From assembly GCF_001194135.2 (NCBI RefSeq), contig NC_069002.1, positions 36,387,308 through 36,451,307 on the forward strand: 64,000 nucleotides of DNA, read 5' to 3'. The notes beneath the pieces are model-generated. The model was not told where the DNA came from. It saw only the letters and a list, made by a program, of their open reading frames with translations, and did no database searches. Source of the DNA: Octopus bimaculoides (lineage: Eukaryota). The stretch's first letter is position 1; each line of letters begins with the position of its first letter. Made by a program: the position numbers and the translations under genes. Below are positions 30,250-42,029 of this stretch, in pieces.

Positions 30250-32247
30250 TATGCAGTTATTGCGCTGCTCGAATCTTTACAATGGCAGTTCGTCCATAAA
30301 CCTCCACATACACAAACTTGACCTCTACAGCATAATTCAAGGGGACTATTACATGGCAATCTTTTGCATATGTTGTCCCTCTTATATCTGCTTCTTCTGT
30401 AAACAGAGAAAATAATTAGAAATGTTAGCAATCTAAAGACACCAGGTATGTTGTAACTGTACTATAGACACATATTTTATATCCGAAACCTCTAAACTGC
30501 TATTGTTCCCATGAAACGATTTTATAGTTACTTCGATTCTACTTGGATTGTGTTAACATTGTAGTGTGTTTACAATCCTGCTTCTGTCGCTGTCGCAACA
30601 GAAGCGAGACTTTCAAAAGACGAATGCTAATCATTAGGAGCATGCAACATCAACTATATAACATATGTGGTGCACCTTGTCAACCACCACTAAGTCCGGT
30701 CTGTTATGTTCTAGCATCTGATTTGTTTGGATTGGGAAATCCCAGAGGATCTTGCAAGTCTCTGACTGCCCCACTCTCTGCGATTCGCGCTCAAACCACG
30801 TCTTGCTTCTCTCCAGGCCAACATGGCAAAGAACGGCAGCAGCTTCCCAACATGTCGTGTATGTCAACAACAAAATGAAACCATTGATCATGTTGACTCC
30901 CTGTGCAGTCTTCTTATGCCTACTGAGTATCTCAACAGGCATGACAGAGCTGCACAATATATGCACTGGGTAATTTGCAAAAACCTGGACCTGCCCTATG
31001 ATATAAAAAAAAAACCTGATGTGAACACAAACCACCTCCAGTGATTGAAAAGGATCACATCGCACTCCTCTAGAACTTCATCATTCAAACTGACAGGAAG
31101 ACAGATGCAAATAGGTCAGACATAATATTGAAAGACTTCAGACAAAAGTCATGCCTCCTCATTGATATAACTGTCCCAATCGATATAAACGTATCTGTCA
31201 AAACCTACCAAAAACTGAGCAAATATAGAGATCTTGAAATAGAAATTTCTCTATCAGTGTGTATTGGCATATCTCAGAGTATGGTTGTTTTCCCATTTTC
31301 TGTGACCTTTTCTAGCGTGTACCTATACCATTATTATTATTATTGTTATTTATTCAAGTCACTGCCTGGAATTGAACTCGGAATCTTGGGGTTAGTAGCC
31401 CGCGCCCTTAACCATTACGATATATAGTCCATGGGAAGTCTATATAACTTGTGTCAGTTAACTAATAATGTTGTTGTTTTTTTATCTGTGGTTGGGGTTT
31501 TACAGCCTTATGGCCTCCTTTCAAAATCTGTTTGTCAGATAGATTACTTCGACATTTTATTCGTGTATTAATTTGATAAAAATAAATTTTAGATATATTC
31601 TCTGTAGAAAATACCTTTGTTTAACATTTAGACAAATATTTTTTCCCCTAATCCAGACAATATTTCAGATAGTTACTCTATTTTCTGATTTTATTTTTGT
31701 TACACAAAGCACGAGACACTCTTTACAAAATAAGCCTAACACAAATAAATCAGTTAACAAAAGCATTATAACAATTATTTCACTTTTACTGATGCCATTC
31801 TCAAACAATTGTCAATATATAATTCTTACCTTCCATCCAAACGGTCATAATCTGTTTCTGACTTGGCATCGGACATACTGCGATCTGAATATGATACACG
31901 AACACAAGAATAACACAAGAATAACACGGGCCTCATAAATATAGTATGGAAGATAGAAGAGCCATGAAAATTTGATGAGAATAAGCAATCTCTCATCCTT
32001 TGAAAACATAAAAAACAACGACTCTCCCCACGTCTCTCTCCTTTTCTCTCTCACTCCTTTCACCACTTCTAGAAAACATAAAAAACAACGACTCTTCCCT
32101 CATCCCCTCTCTCTCTCTTTCCTTTTCTCTCTCACTAGCTCTAGAATTACTATGAAGTGATGGTAGTGGGGAATATTTACCTTGCTTCTGCGACGAGGTG
32201 CTTGAAACGAGTATGCCAATGCAGAGAAGTGCAAGAGTCTTTTTCAT
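30250..32247 (-). CDS. KN4: 8-Cys knottin precursor (signal exon 32247-32181, propeptide exon 31884-31830, mature exon from 30396; 3' end uncertain)
   Basis: ag|ttgcgtgATG MKKTLALLCIGILVSSTSSQKQ g|gtaaat; ttcag|(D)RSMSDAKSETDYDRLDG ag|gtaaga; tttacag|(R)RSRYKR-DNICKRLPCNSPLELCCRGQVCVCGGLWTNCHCKDSSSAITAY. Confidence 0.88.
30560..30795 (-). mobile_element. R4/Dong-like REL endonuclease fragment
   Basis: CKILWDFPIQTNQMLEHNRPDLVVVDKVHHICYIVDVAC (PD..D motif). Confidence 0.75.
30800..31260 (+). mobile_element. R4/Dong-like CCHC zinc knuckle + REL endonuclease fragment
   Basis: CRVCQQQNETIDHVDSLC...EYLNRHD...MHWVIC and SCLLIDITVPIDINVSVKTYQKLSKYRDLEIEI. Confidence 0.8.
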
Positions 32248-32419
32248 CACGCAACTAATGATATAAAATATAAGAAAGCAATTTAAGACAAGCTATGCAC
32301 TGTTACCCAACTTCTTAAATCTTGAATTAATTCTATCATAAAAAGCTGAATTTCCATATAAACTAAAATATAGTTAACGGCAACGGCGAATAATCGTTTC
32401 GATTCAGGTGTAACGCCTG

Positions 32420-33122
32420 AAATTTGGGGGAAAGGGACTACTTACTTACATCCACCTCTCTACTTTACCTGTACTATTTCATCGACCAATGTACGTGACT
32501 AGTAATTTTTTTTTTACTTAGAATGGATGTAAACCAAACTCGACTTCTGAACTCACAACTAAAAACGGACAAAATACCGCAGATCGTTTTGTCCGGCGGT
32601 ACGTTAGCGATTCGACCGGTCAGCCGCCTCCTTGTTTCTAAGCCTTCAATAAGATTACTATCAAAGCAAAACCACAACAAACTTCTTGTATTCTCGACAT
32701 AAGAATACATACCATCCAATCAAAATCAAACGTACAAATAAAAGTCCATTCAACCACCATCGCTAGCATCATCATCATCATCATCATCAACACTACACAC
32801 TCTGTATCGCTTTTACATATCTGCACACGACCAAAAGTTAATAGTTTAAACATTACCTATTTCTTGCATTCCTCCGTTAGTATTTCAGGGGTCTTGTAGA
32901 TCTCCCTTGTACAAGGATCAAGATATTTTGTAGTAATTACACAAATTAAACCTAGCTGGTCATACTTATACCGTTTCTGTACTTCACCAATCCCCCTCCT
33001 CCTCCTCCTCCTCCTCCTCTTATGCTGCGACTGTCTTTTACAAAGATTCCTCCTCCGCATTAATCAACACCGCTTTCTTTCACTGCTTTTTCCTCACTTT
33101 TCATCTTCTCTCCCCTTTCCGA

Positions 33123-33186
<64 letters not shown>

Positions 33187-33253
33187 NNNNNNNNNNNNNN
33201 NNNNNNNNNNNNNNNNNNNNNNNNNNNNNNNNNNNNNNNNNNNNNNNNNNNNN

Positions 33254-33322
<69 letters not shown>

Positions 33323-34015
33323 GTGTGTATATGTATATATATACATATATTTGTGTGTGTGTGTATGAGTATGTATGTATAGATAAATAGATGTAGTCAT
33401 AAATATATTTGTATGCATATATACACATGTGGTATATGAGACTTTACTTGCTAAATGGTTGAAATGTCTTTGCTGGTTGTATAACTGTAAATCGGAAATC
33501 TAATGAAATACAGTTCATGCTGTGGACTTCTATAGAAGAGAGAAATGCAGCCACGCAAAGGCCATGTGTTGCATTTCATATGTCAACAAATATTGGTTCC
33601 AGAAAATAGCTGCTGTCGTCGTGATAGAGTCCAGAGTTAATGACCTTCTAATTCGGGTATTATCATTGTTATTATCATTGCCATGGTAATTAATTTTGTC
33701 CTGATCACTCTTACATGAAGGTAGAGAGGTGTGTCGAGAATACAAGAAGTTTGTTGTGGTTTTGCTTTGATAGTAATCTTATTGAAGGCTTAGAAACAAG
33801 GAGGCGGCTGACCGGTCGAATCGCTAACGTATCGCCGGACAAAACGATCTGCGGTATTTTGTCCGTTTTTAGTCGTGAGTTCAGAAGTTGAGTTTGGTTT
33901 ACATCCATTCGAAGTAAAAAATTAAAAAATTACTAGTCACGTACATTGGTCGATGAAATAGTACAGGTAAAGTAGAGAGGTGGATGTAAGTAAGTAGTCC
34001 CCTTCCTCCAAATTT
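32420..34015. repeat. Near-identical ~280-bp inverted repeat pair (32420-32699 / 33731-34015)
   Basis: Each arm is a decayed CORE-SINE plus unique flank (ctccttgtttctaagccttcaataagattactatcaaagcaaaaccacaacaaacttcttgtattctcgaca). The arms share the same private mutations. Confidence 0.9.
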
Positions 34016-34399
34016 CGTAGTAATTCTAGATTTTCTGGATATTTTCCATGCCTATTGCATTAAATCATAAAGTCATTTAGATTGAGAAATAGTTTTGACA
34101 GCTCACTTTGTTTCCTGTGTTCATCTCATTGTCTTACTATTAATCTTTTTATTAGCAATCCTGTTTATTATACAAATGTTCATAATTTATTATACAAATG
34201 ATCGTAATCATTCTCATTATCTTGATTGATGCTCTCTCGAAACACCGGCACGCATATTTTACCGTCTTTAGGTGTGTTTTCGGTATTTACCGCAAGAATA
34301 TACAAGATGTTCACAGATTTGGGGTATAGCAGTATTATAATATTCTTCAGTGTGTCAAAAAATTATATTTCTTAGAATACTTAGACTTTCAGCTACCAA

Positions 34400-34600
34400 A
34401 GAAATATATTTCTAATTATGAAATTAATCACACATCTAAGATGGTTGGATCTTCGATTGACGTATTGTAGGTTTTTAATAGGTTTATGGTACGAATGATG
34501 GAGTCCATTATTAAGGTTCAATGTAACGTTCAGAAACTTCACTGCGCTATAGTCTTTCTCTAAGGAGATAAAGACTCCAGCTTCTCTTTTCAGATATATT
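34400..34600 (-). mobile_element. Penelope reverse-transcriptase thumb remnant
   Basis: VKFLNVTLNLNNGLHHSYHKPIKNLQYVNRRSNH matches the FLD.T....Y.KP......SNHP pattern. Confidence 0.7.
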
Positions 34601-34954
34601 ACAATTATAGAAAGTGAACACAACGTCATCCCAAAAAAGACCATGCCCCCGATTCCTGAGAATTCCCTATTGATTCAGCGTATATATATATCTACAATCA
34701 ACGGCATACTTCTCTAGGTGACTAAGCATCTGCATGATAGTCGTGACATGTCAAATGCTCCGGCAGCAAAAGTATGCTGCTAAACAAATAAAATCAGTAA
34801 GGAATAAAATGAAACTAAGCAAAACTTCTAAAATTTAACGTAAAAACATTCAGCCTTGTGACGTAAATTCCAAGAAGAGACGCTTTGTTTCTTTGTTAGA
34901 GTCTTGCTTCTTTAGTAGCTTTTATTATTGCCATTTTATATCAACAGGTGCATG

Positions 34955-36731
34955 ATGAAACATAATTTTATCCTCTGTTTGTACTTCTGTGTACTCATTC
35001 CATTCGTGTTCTCATATTTTCAAGGTAAGTACTCATTGTTCCTTATTACTTCATAGTGAATGGGGACAGAGTAAGTGGCAAAGAGATTATTTCATGGATT
35101 GGGAATGTTTTTTCTATCCTTGTGTCATCAAATTCCCTTCTCTTCTCTTGTTTCACGTGATTCTTCCTTTCAGCGCTAGTTTCTTTCCGTTTATCATCTC
35201 TTATCAACCCACCTTGAAGAATTGTAGCCGAATGAGTTGACCCCAGTGCTTCTTTTTAAGGCCTAGGAATTATTTCATGGGTCTCTTTTGAAGAACCTCT
35301 AAGTTACAAGGACGTCGTCGCACTTCCCAGCTACTGATCCTCTGCAAATATCTAAAGAGGAACATCCACCGGTCTTGTTGCCCGACTTGTAGAGGACAGT
35401 GAGCGCCTGACGACATTCTAAGGGCCAGGCGCCCAGTCTCGGCCTATCCTTTACCCAGGACCGCAGCTCCGTCAAGGAGACGAGCTGCGGAAAGGCGTGT
35501 CTCACAAACAGAGCCCACACACCTAGTAATCGCTGCAGGTGGCGCAACCTGAGTGCGTGTCTGCGCATTAAAATCTATGGCAAGCCAAAGCCGCCACGCA
35601 AAAGAAGTTGACAGCAGACCAATCGCCTGACCATTGGAACGAGTCCTTTCCACAAGAAAATAAACAGGATACGCTCCAGTCTAATCAAACAGTAACTGGG
35701 GCAAGGCACAACGGTCAGACGATAAATAATGACAGTTTCTCTCGGTTTCTGTCAACTAAATCTACTCACAAGGCTTTGGACTGTCCAATGTTATTGTAGA
35801 AGATACCTGCCAAAGGAGCGCCGTAGTGGCTCTAAACCCGAAACCGTTTAAGGGAAGCAAACTACACTACTCCTCCCCATCCCCAGTACGTTTACAAAAG
35901 ATGTGTGTGAGGGGTGAAGCTGCAAGACTAAATGGGTTTATTTTGACAAGCATGGTGGTATACTGGAAGACTGCACGTTTGATTTCTGTGAAATCAATCA
36001 TCCTATTTCCAGGAAGGAAAATATAAATTCCAGTCTTTACTGACCTCTTTTATTCTTGTACTTGTTTCAGTCATTTGACTGTGGCCATGCTGGAGCACCG
36101 CCTTTAGTCGAGAAAATCGACCCCAGGACTTATTCTTTGTAAGCCTAGTACTTATTCTATCGGCCTCTTTTTGCCGAACTGCTAAGTTACGGGGACGTAA
36201 ACACACCAGCATCGGTTGTCAAGCGATGTTGGATGGACAAACACAGGCACACATACACACACACACACACACATACACATATATATATACGACGGGCTTC
36301 TTTCAGTTTCCGTCTACCAAATCCACTCACAAGGCTTTGGTCGGCCCGAGGCTATAGTAGAAGACACTTGCNNNNNNNNNNCTACCAAATCCACTCACAA
36401 GGCTTTGGTCGGCCCGAGGCTATAGTAGAAGACACTTGCCCAAGGTGCCACGCAGTGGGACTGAACCCGGAACCACGTGGTTCGTAAGCAAGCTACTTCC
36501 CACACAGCCACTGCTACGCCTATCCTGTGAATTTTTCAAACGTAGTATAGGTATAATTTCACCGTCTACTATTTATTTAAATATCCAGTTACTATATTTG
36601 TGTAATCGATATGTTTTCTTATAAGAATTTAATCAACTGAAAACTGATTCATCGTAACGATTGACGTAATTTCCAGATCGATATATGCCTGAGGTTTTTT
36701 TAAAAAGAGGGCTTAAAGGTTTCGTAAAAAG
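34955..36731 (+). CDS. KN5: signal exon (34955-35024) and propeptide exon (36677-36731) of an 8-Cys knottin precursor, upstream of three tandem mature exons
   Basis: caacag|gtgcatgATG MKHNFILCLYFCVLIPFVFSYFQ g|gtaagt; ttccag|(D)RYMPEVFLKRGLKGFVK ag|gtaaga. The phase-2 end joins in frame to all three downstream exons and creates KR|S at the junction. Confidence 0.85.
36045..36510 (-). mobile_element. Near full-length microsatellite-containing tRNA-SINE in KN5 intron 1
   Basis: tRNA-like head (gtggctgtgtgggaagtagcttgcttacgaaccacgtggttccgggttcagtccc), body, (ca)n and tail. A ~50-bp segment is duplicated across the 10-N gap. Confidence 0.85.
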
Positions 36732-37515
36732 GTAAGAATTATATATTTTATCTTTTATCTTGTTTCAGTTATTAAATTGCGGTCATGCTGGGGCACTACC
36801 TTGAGGAATTTTGGCCGCACTTGACCTTTGTACTAATTTTCCATTTTTCAAAAGCCTGATACATATTTACTCGGTTTTTTTTTTTTTTTTTTTTTTTTNN
36901 NNNNNNNNNNNNNNNNNNNNNNNNNNNNNNNNNNNNNNNNNNNNNNNNNNNNNNNNNNNNNNNNNNNNNNNNNNNNNNNNNNNNNNNNNNNNNNNNNNNN
37001 NNNNNNNNNNNNNNNNNNNNNNNNNNNNNNNNNNNNNNNNNNNNNNNNNNNNNNNNNNNNNNNNNNNNNNNNNNNNNNNNNNNNNNNNNNNNNNNNNNNN
37101 NNNNNNNNNNNNNNNNNNNNNNNNNNNNNNNNNNNNNNNNNNNNNNNNNNNNNNNNNNNNNNNNNNNNNNNNNNNNNNNNNNNNNNNNNNNNNNNNNNNN
37201 NNNNNNNNNNNNNNNNNNNNNNNNNNNNNNNNNNNNNNNNNNNNNNNNNNNNNNNNNNNNNNNNNNNNNNNNNNNNNNNNNNNNNNNNNNNNNNNNNNNN
37301 NNNNNNNNNNNNNNNNNNNNNNNNNNNNNNNNNNNNNNNNNNNNNNNNNNNNNNNNNNNNNNNNNNNNNNNNNNNNNNNNNNNNNNNNNNNNNNNNNNNN
37401 NNNNNNNNNNNNNNNNNNNNNNNNNNNNNNNNNNNNNNNNNNNNNNNNNNNNNNNNNNNNNNNNNNNNNNNNNNNNNNNNNNNNNNNNNNNNNNNNNNNN
37501 NNNNNNNNNNNNNNN

Positions 37516-37760
37516 CGAACCCTGCTGTCCTCTTTCACCACAACTTTCTCTCACTCTTACTTCCTGTTTCTGTTGTGCCTGTAATCCAAAGGGGCCAGCC
37601 TTGTCACACTGTGTCACGCTGAATATCCCCGAGAACTACGTTAAGGATACACGTGTCTGTGGAGTGCTCAGCCACTTGCACGTTAATTTCACGAGCAGGC
37701 TGTTCCGTTGATCGGATCAACTGGAACCCTCGACGTCGTAAGCGACGGAGTGCCAACAAT
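37516..37760 (+). mobile_element. Third octopus SINE family (OK/OR1-like), 5' end in gap
   Basis: Nearly identical body to 57472-57840, ending gtgccaacaa. Confidence 0.8.
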
Positions 37761-37784
37761 GTATGTATGTATGTTTTGTGTGTG

Positions 37785-37816
<32 letters not shown>

Positions 37817-38357
37817 TGTACGTATGTATGTATGTACGTACGTACAGGCTTACTTTAATTTCTGACAACCAAATCCACTCTCAAGGCTGTGGTTGGCCCG
37901 AGGCTATAGTAGAATGCACTTCGAGACTGAACCTTGAACCATGTTGTCAGGAAACGAACTTCTTACTACACAGCCACGCCTGCTCCTATACTGATAACTG
38001 ATTCAGCTGCGCTATTATTATTAGTATTGTTATTATTAGACTCGTTAGCACACAGGACATATTATTAAACATAACTAGTCCTGGATCATTTTGATACCAC
38101 CTCGTACTATGTGGTGAGAATCTTTGGAATTTGAATCTCGAATAATTTTTGCTTAGTATCAGGTTGTTACTTCTTGCTAGTTCAGTAACACTTCTATGGC
38201 CTATACACTTCTGCTAACGTGCTGTAACATTTGACTGTATGTATCTACAAACATATTTATAGGAACAAAAATAATTTAATCAAGCACTGTATTAACACAA
38301 CGTAATTACGAAGTTCTTTCTTTTATATATCTTCTTTGCTTTTATCTACATTTCCAG

Positions 38358-38496
38358 AAGCATATGGCCTACATGCGGAGCATTTGCTGAGAAATGCCAA
38401 CATAAGCGGAGTAGGTTATATAATCCATGTTGTAGGCAATATGATTGTACATGTAGGATCGTCTGGAAGAAATGCCTGTGCATGTATCCTAAATAG
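38358..38496 (+). CDS. KN5a mature-peptide exon
   Basis: atttccag|a then SIWPTCGAFAEKCQHKRSRLYNPCCRQYDCTCRIVWKKCLCMYPK-stop (tag 38494-38496). 8 Cys intact. Confidence 0.88.
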
Positions 38497-39122
38497 TATG
38501 TCCATTGATTAAAGTATCTTCCATGAATGTCATGCTGTTTAAAATTGTTAACCTCATTATATGAGACAAAGGAAAATAAAAATACTTTTTATGCGAAATT
38601 GTTATTTGTTCAACGCTAACATGTCCAATATATATTTTACGTTGCTGGAAATTTAGAGCCAAGTGAAGCAGTTTTTTGGCTTCTTAGACTTCGTGTACAT
38701 TTTTGCAGTTATTATGTGACTACATGTAACGATAAACTATAGAAAAGCATCAAGAGATAACTTGGTTTTCTATTTATAACAAAAAAAAACAAAATCAAGC
38801 GTCACAGGGCTCCGTTATTTGCTTCATAATGAACTCCTTCGCATTTGTTAAGAAGTTGGGTATTAATTATGAAATCCTTTGCTTTCATTAAAAATAGTTT
38901 TGTCAATAAATCTATTTTAAAAAACTACGTTTTTCAGTTTCAAGTACATTTTCAAACCCCAAAACAAATTCTCACCCACCCAAACACACACACACTGTAA
39001 AAGTTCGGTGAAAATTCATATTTATAGGCACAAAAATAATTTAATCAAGCACTGTATTAACACAACGTAATTGCGAAGGTCTTTCTTTTATATATCTTCT
39101 TTGCTTTTATCTACATTTCTAG

Positions 39123-39285
39123 AAGCATATGGCCTACATGCGGGGGATTTGGTGAGAGATGCAACCCTGTGCGGAGAAGATTATATGCTCCATGTTGTAG
39201 GCAATATGATTGTGCATGTAGGATCGCCTGGGAGAGATGCATGTGCATGTATCCTTCTTTTAGTAATAGTATGTCCATTAATTAA
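39123..39285 (+). CDS. KN5b mature-peptide exon
   Basis: atttctag|a then SIWPTCGGFGERCNPVRRRLYAPCCRQYDCACRIAWERCMCMYPSFSNSMSIN-stop. 8 Cys intact. Confidence 0.88.
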
Positions 39286-39886
39286 AGTATCTTCCATGAA
39301 TGTCATGCTGTTTAAAATTGGTAACCTCATTATATGAGACAAAGGAAAATAAAAATACTTTTTATGTGAAATTTTTATTTGTTCAACGCTGACATGTCCA
39401 ATATATATTTTACGTTGCTGGAAATTTAGAGCCAAGTGAAGCAGTTTTATGGCTTCTTAGACTTCGTGTACATTTTTGCAGTTATTATGTGACTACATGT
39501 AACGATAAACTATAGAAAAGCATCAAGAGATAACTTGGTTTTCTATTTATAACAAAAAAAACAAAATCAAGCGTCACAGGGCTCCGTTATTTGCTTCATA
39601 ATGAACTCCTTCGCATTTGTTAAGAAGTTGGGTATTAATTATGAAATCCTTTGCTTTCATTTAAAATAGTTCTGTCAATAAATCTATTTTAAAAAACTAC
39701 ACGTTTTTCAGTTTCAGGTACATTTTCAAACCCCAAAACAAATTCTCACCCACCCAAACACACACACACTGTAAATGTTCGGTGAAAATTCAGTCATACT
39801 GAGTTTTCAAAATAATTGAAGAGAGAGAAAGAAAAAAAAAGGGGGTGGTTATAATTTCTGTCTCGGTGCGTGTTATTCATTTTTTC

Positions 39887-39949
39887 AATTTCAGTCTCTG
39901 TGCACTGGTCTCTTCACCGCGAAGAGACCAGTGCACAGAGACTGAAATT
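39887..39949. repeat. Perfect 29-bp inverted repeat with 5-nt loop
   Basis: aatttcagtctctgtgcactggtctcttc-accgc-gaagagaccagtgcacagagactgaaatt. Confidence 0.95.
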
Positions 39950-39950
39950 A

Positions 39951-40068
39951 GCCTATACACTTCTATGGCCTATACACTTCTATGGCCTATACACTTCTAT
40001 GGCCTATACACTTCTATGGCCTATACACTTCTATGGCCTATACACTTCTATGGCCTATACACTTCTGC
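39951..40068 (+). repeat. 17-bp minisatellite (cctatacacttctatgg), ~7 units
   Basis: Identical head-to-tail units with no spacers. About 1.5 units occur at the paralogous site 38189-38212. Confidence 0.95.
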
Positions 40069-40211
40069 TGACGTGCTGTAACATTTGAATGTATGTATCT
40101 ACAAACATATTTATAGGAACAAAAATAATTTAATCAAGCACTGCATTTACACAACGTAATTGCGAAGTTCTTTCTTTTATATATCTCCTTTGCTATTATC
40201 TACATTTCCAG

Positions 40212-40368
40212 AAGCACAAGGTCTAAATGCAGAGGATTTGGTGAGAGATGCAATCCTATGCGGAGAAGATTATCTGCTCCATGTTGTAAGGAATATGATT
40301 GTATATGTAGGAACGCCTGGCAGAGATGCATGTGCGTGAATTCTACTTTGAGTAAAAGTGACACAGCG
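40212..40368 (+). CDS. KN5c mature-peptide exon (3' end uncertain; read-through stop at 40437)
   Basis: atttccag|a then STRSKCRGFGERCNPMRRRLSAPCCKEYDCICRNAWQRCMCVNSTLSKSDTA. 8 Cys intact. Confidence 0.85.
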
Positions 40369-40719
40369 GTTACATACTTACATAATTATATATTTATGTA
40401 TCAGTGTATTTCTTTATTTTCCGCTTTGACCCTGTAATACAGACATCTCTGGTCATAACTATTGTTGTCATTATTATTATTATTATTATTATTGAGGGAG
40501 AGAGCCGTGCATGCCATCAAAGTGGCATTGGGGTAAAATATACGAAGCCCATTATACCCATCATGACTACCCGTCTGTACAGGAATACATTAGTAAATAA
40601 ACAGCAGGTCAAAGGAATGGCACAAAAATATCTTTATGGCAAAGCATCGTACAAATATTTGTGCATGAACATTCTTTGGATATTGATTTGTAGAAAATGT
40701 ATTCTGTGCAGGTGGCACG

Positions 40720-40935
40720 TAAAATACACCATTTGAGCGTGGCCGTCGCCAGTACCTCTTGACTACACTCTCGGAGTGGTTGGCGTTAGGAAGGGCATCC
40801 AAATGCAGAAACTCTGCCAAATCAGGTTGGAGCCTGGTGTCGCCTCCTGGTCCACCAGTCCTCAGTCAAATCGTCCAACTCATGCTAGCTTGGAAAGCAG
40901 ACGTTAAACGACGACGATGATGATGATGATGACTC
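40720..40935 (-). mobile_element. RTE-type 3' tail element with (cat)n end
   Basis: gagtggttggcgttaggaagggcatcca...tcagtcaaatcgtccaac...gacgttaaacgacgatgatgatg. Further copies at 46320-46500(-) and 50915-51160(+). Confidence 0.8.
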
Positions 40936-42029
40936 TAAAAGTTCCATCTTTGAGTGTCATGCAATTTATATTGGATAATATCGTTAAATGACAATAGAAA
41001 ATAAACGTAGGTATACTCTGAGCGTAATACTGTGTAAAGTTACATCAAGAATTTAATCATGTTCAATATATAATCGCACAAGACTCATAGAATATTCAAA
41101 GAGAAGATTCAAAACAGGAAAGAATAGTCAGAAAATATTGTGCGTATTACAGTGTAAAATAAATTGATATTGAAGCTAAAGATGTTCCACGGAAATAAAT
41201 ATAAGAATATAAGAGATTTCGGGATCGATACACTAAGTACCAGTTGAACAATGGAGTTCATGTAACCAACTTAGCTCCTTCCCCGAAATTGCTGGCCTTG
41301 TGCCAAAATTTGAAACCAATATTTTACATCACTCTTGTACGAAGTTATATCCGTCGTGTGCCAAGGGAGATCATTCTTAACCAACACTGCCATGAGTTGT
41401 TTCTTGTTCAGAAAGGGAGTTATTTCAAGAACGACAAGTGACGGTAGGCTTTCTGAACTTTAGTATGTCGCCAAAGTTGCTTCCCTTATATACACTGTCT
41501 TTTTTTTTTTTAAGAGTAGCGCGAAGCTAGCAAGAAGGCGTTTATATAGGTTACGTCTGTTACATTATATTAGGCAGATAGTGAGATAAAGAAACCTAAA
41601 AACCTAAAATCTTCTTAAATAATGAGTAAAAGACCTTATGTCAAATAAAGGAATATATAAGAAAATAAACCAGATATCGTTATCAGAAATACATGCATAG
41701 GAGTTTATATCGATTACTATATCAGTCGAGAGATTATCATAAAATAATCCCGGTAAATTCCAGAACGTAAATGTCACAAAGAAACTATTATAATAAACGC
41801 CTTACAATGATTGAAAAATATTCAGTGAAATACATGACTAAATCCAGGAAGCTTATACAACACAGAAGTTGTCACCACTAGGACTTGCACATATTATATA
41901 AGGCGCATTTCATGTAATAACACGTAAAAAATATATGCAAAAAACTGCGTATACGAAACCAAGGTACACAAAACCGTGCTCGGATGCGAAATGAAATCAC
42001 GAAATAACGAATGTAAGACTAAAAATAAT

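Noticed and set aside
36290-36430. Tandem duplication inside a SINE
   Set aside because: The duplicate straddles a 10-N gap; probably a contig-overlap artefact.
39951-40068. CRISPR-like array
   Set aside because: Identical 17-mers abut with no spacers, in a eukaryotic context; it is a minisatellite.
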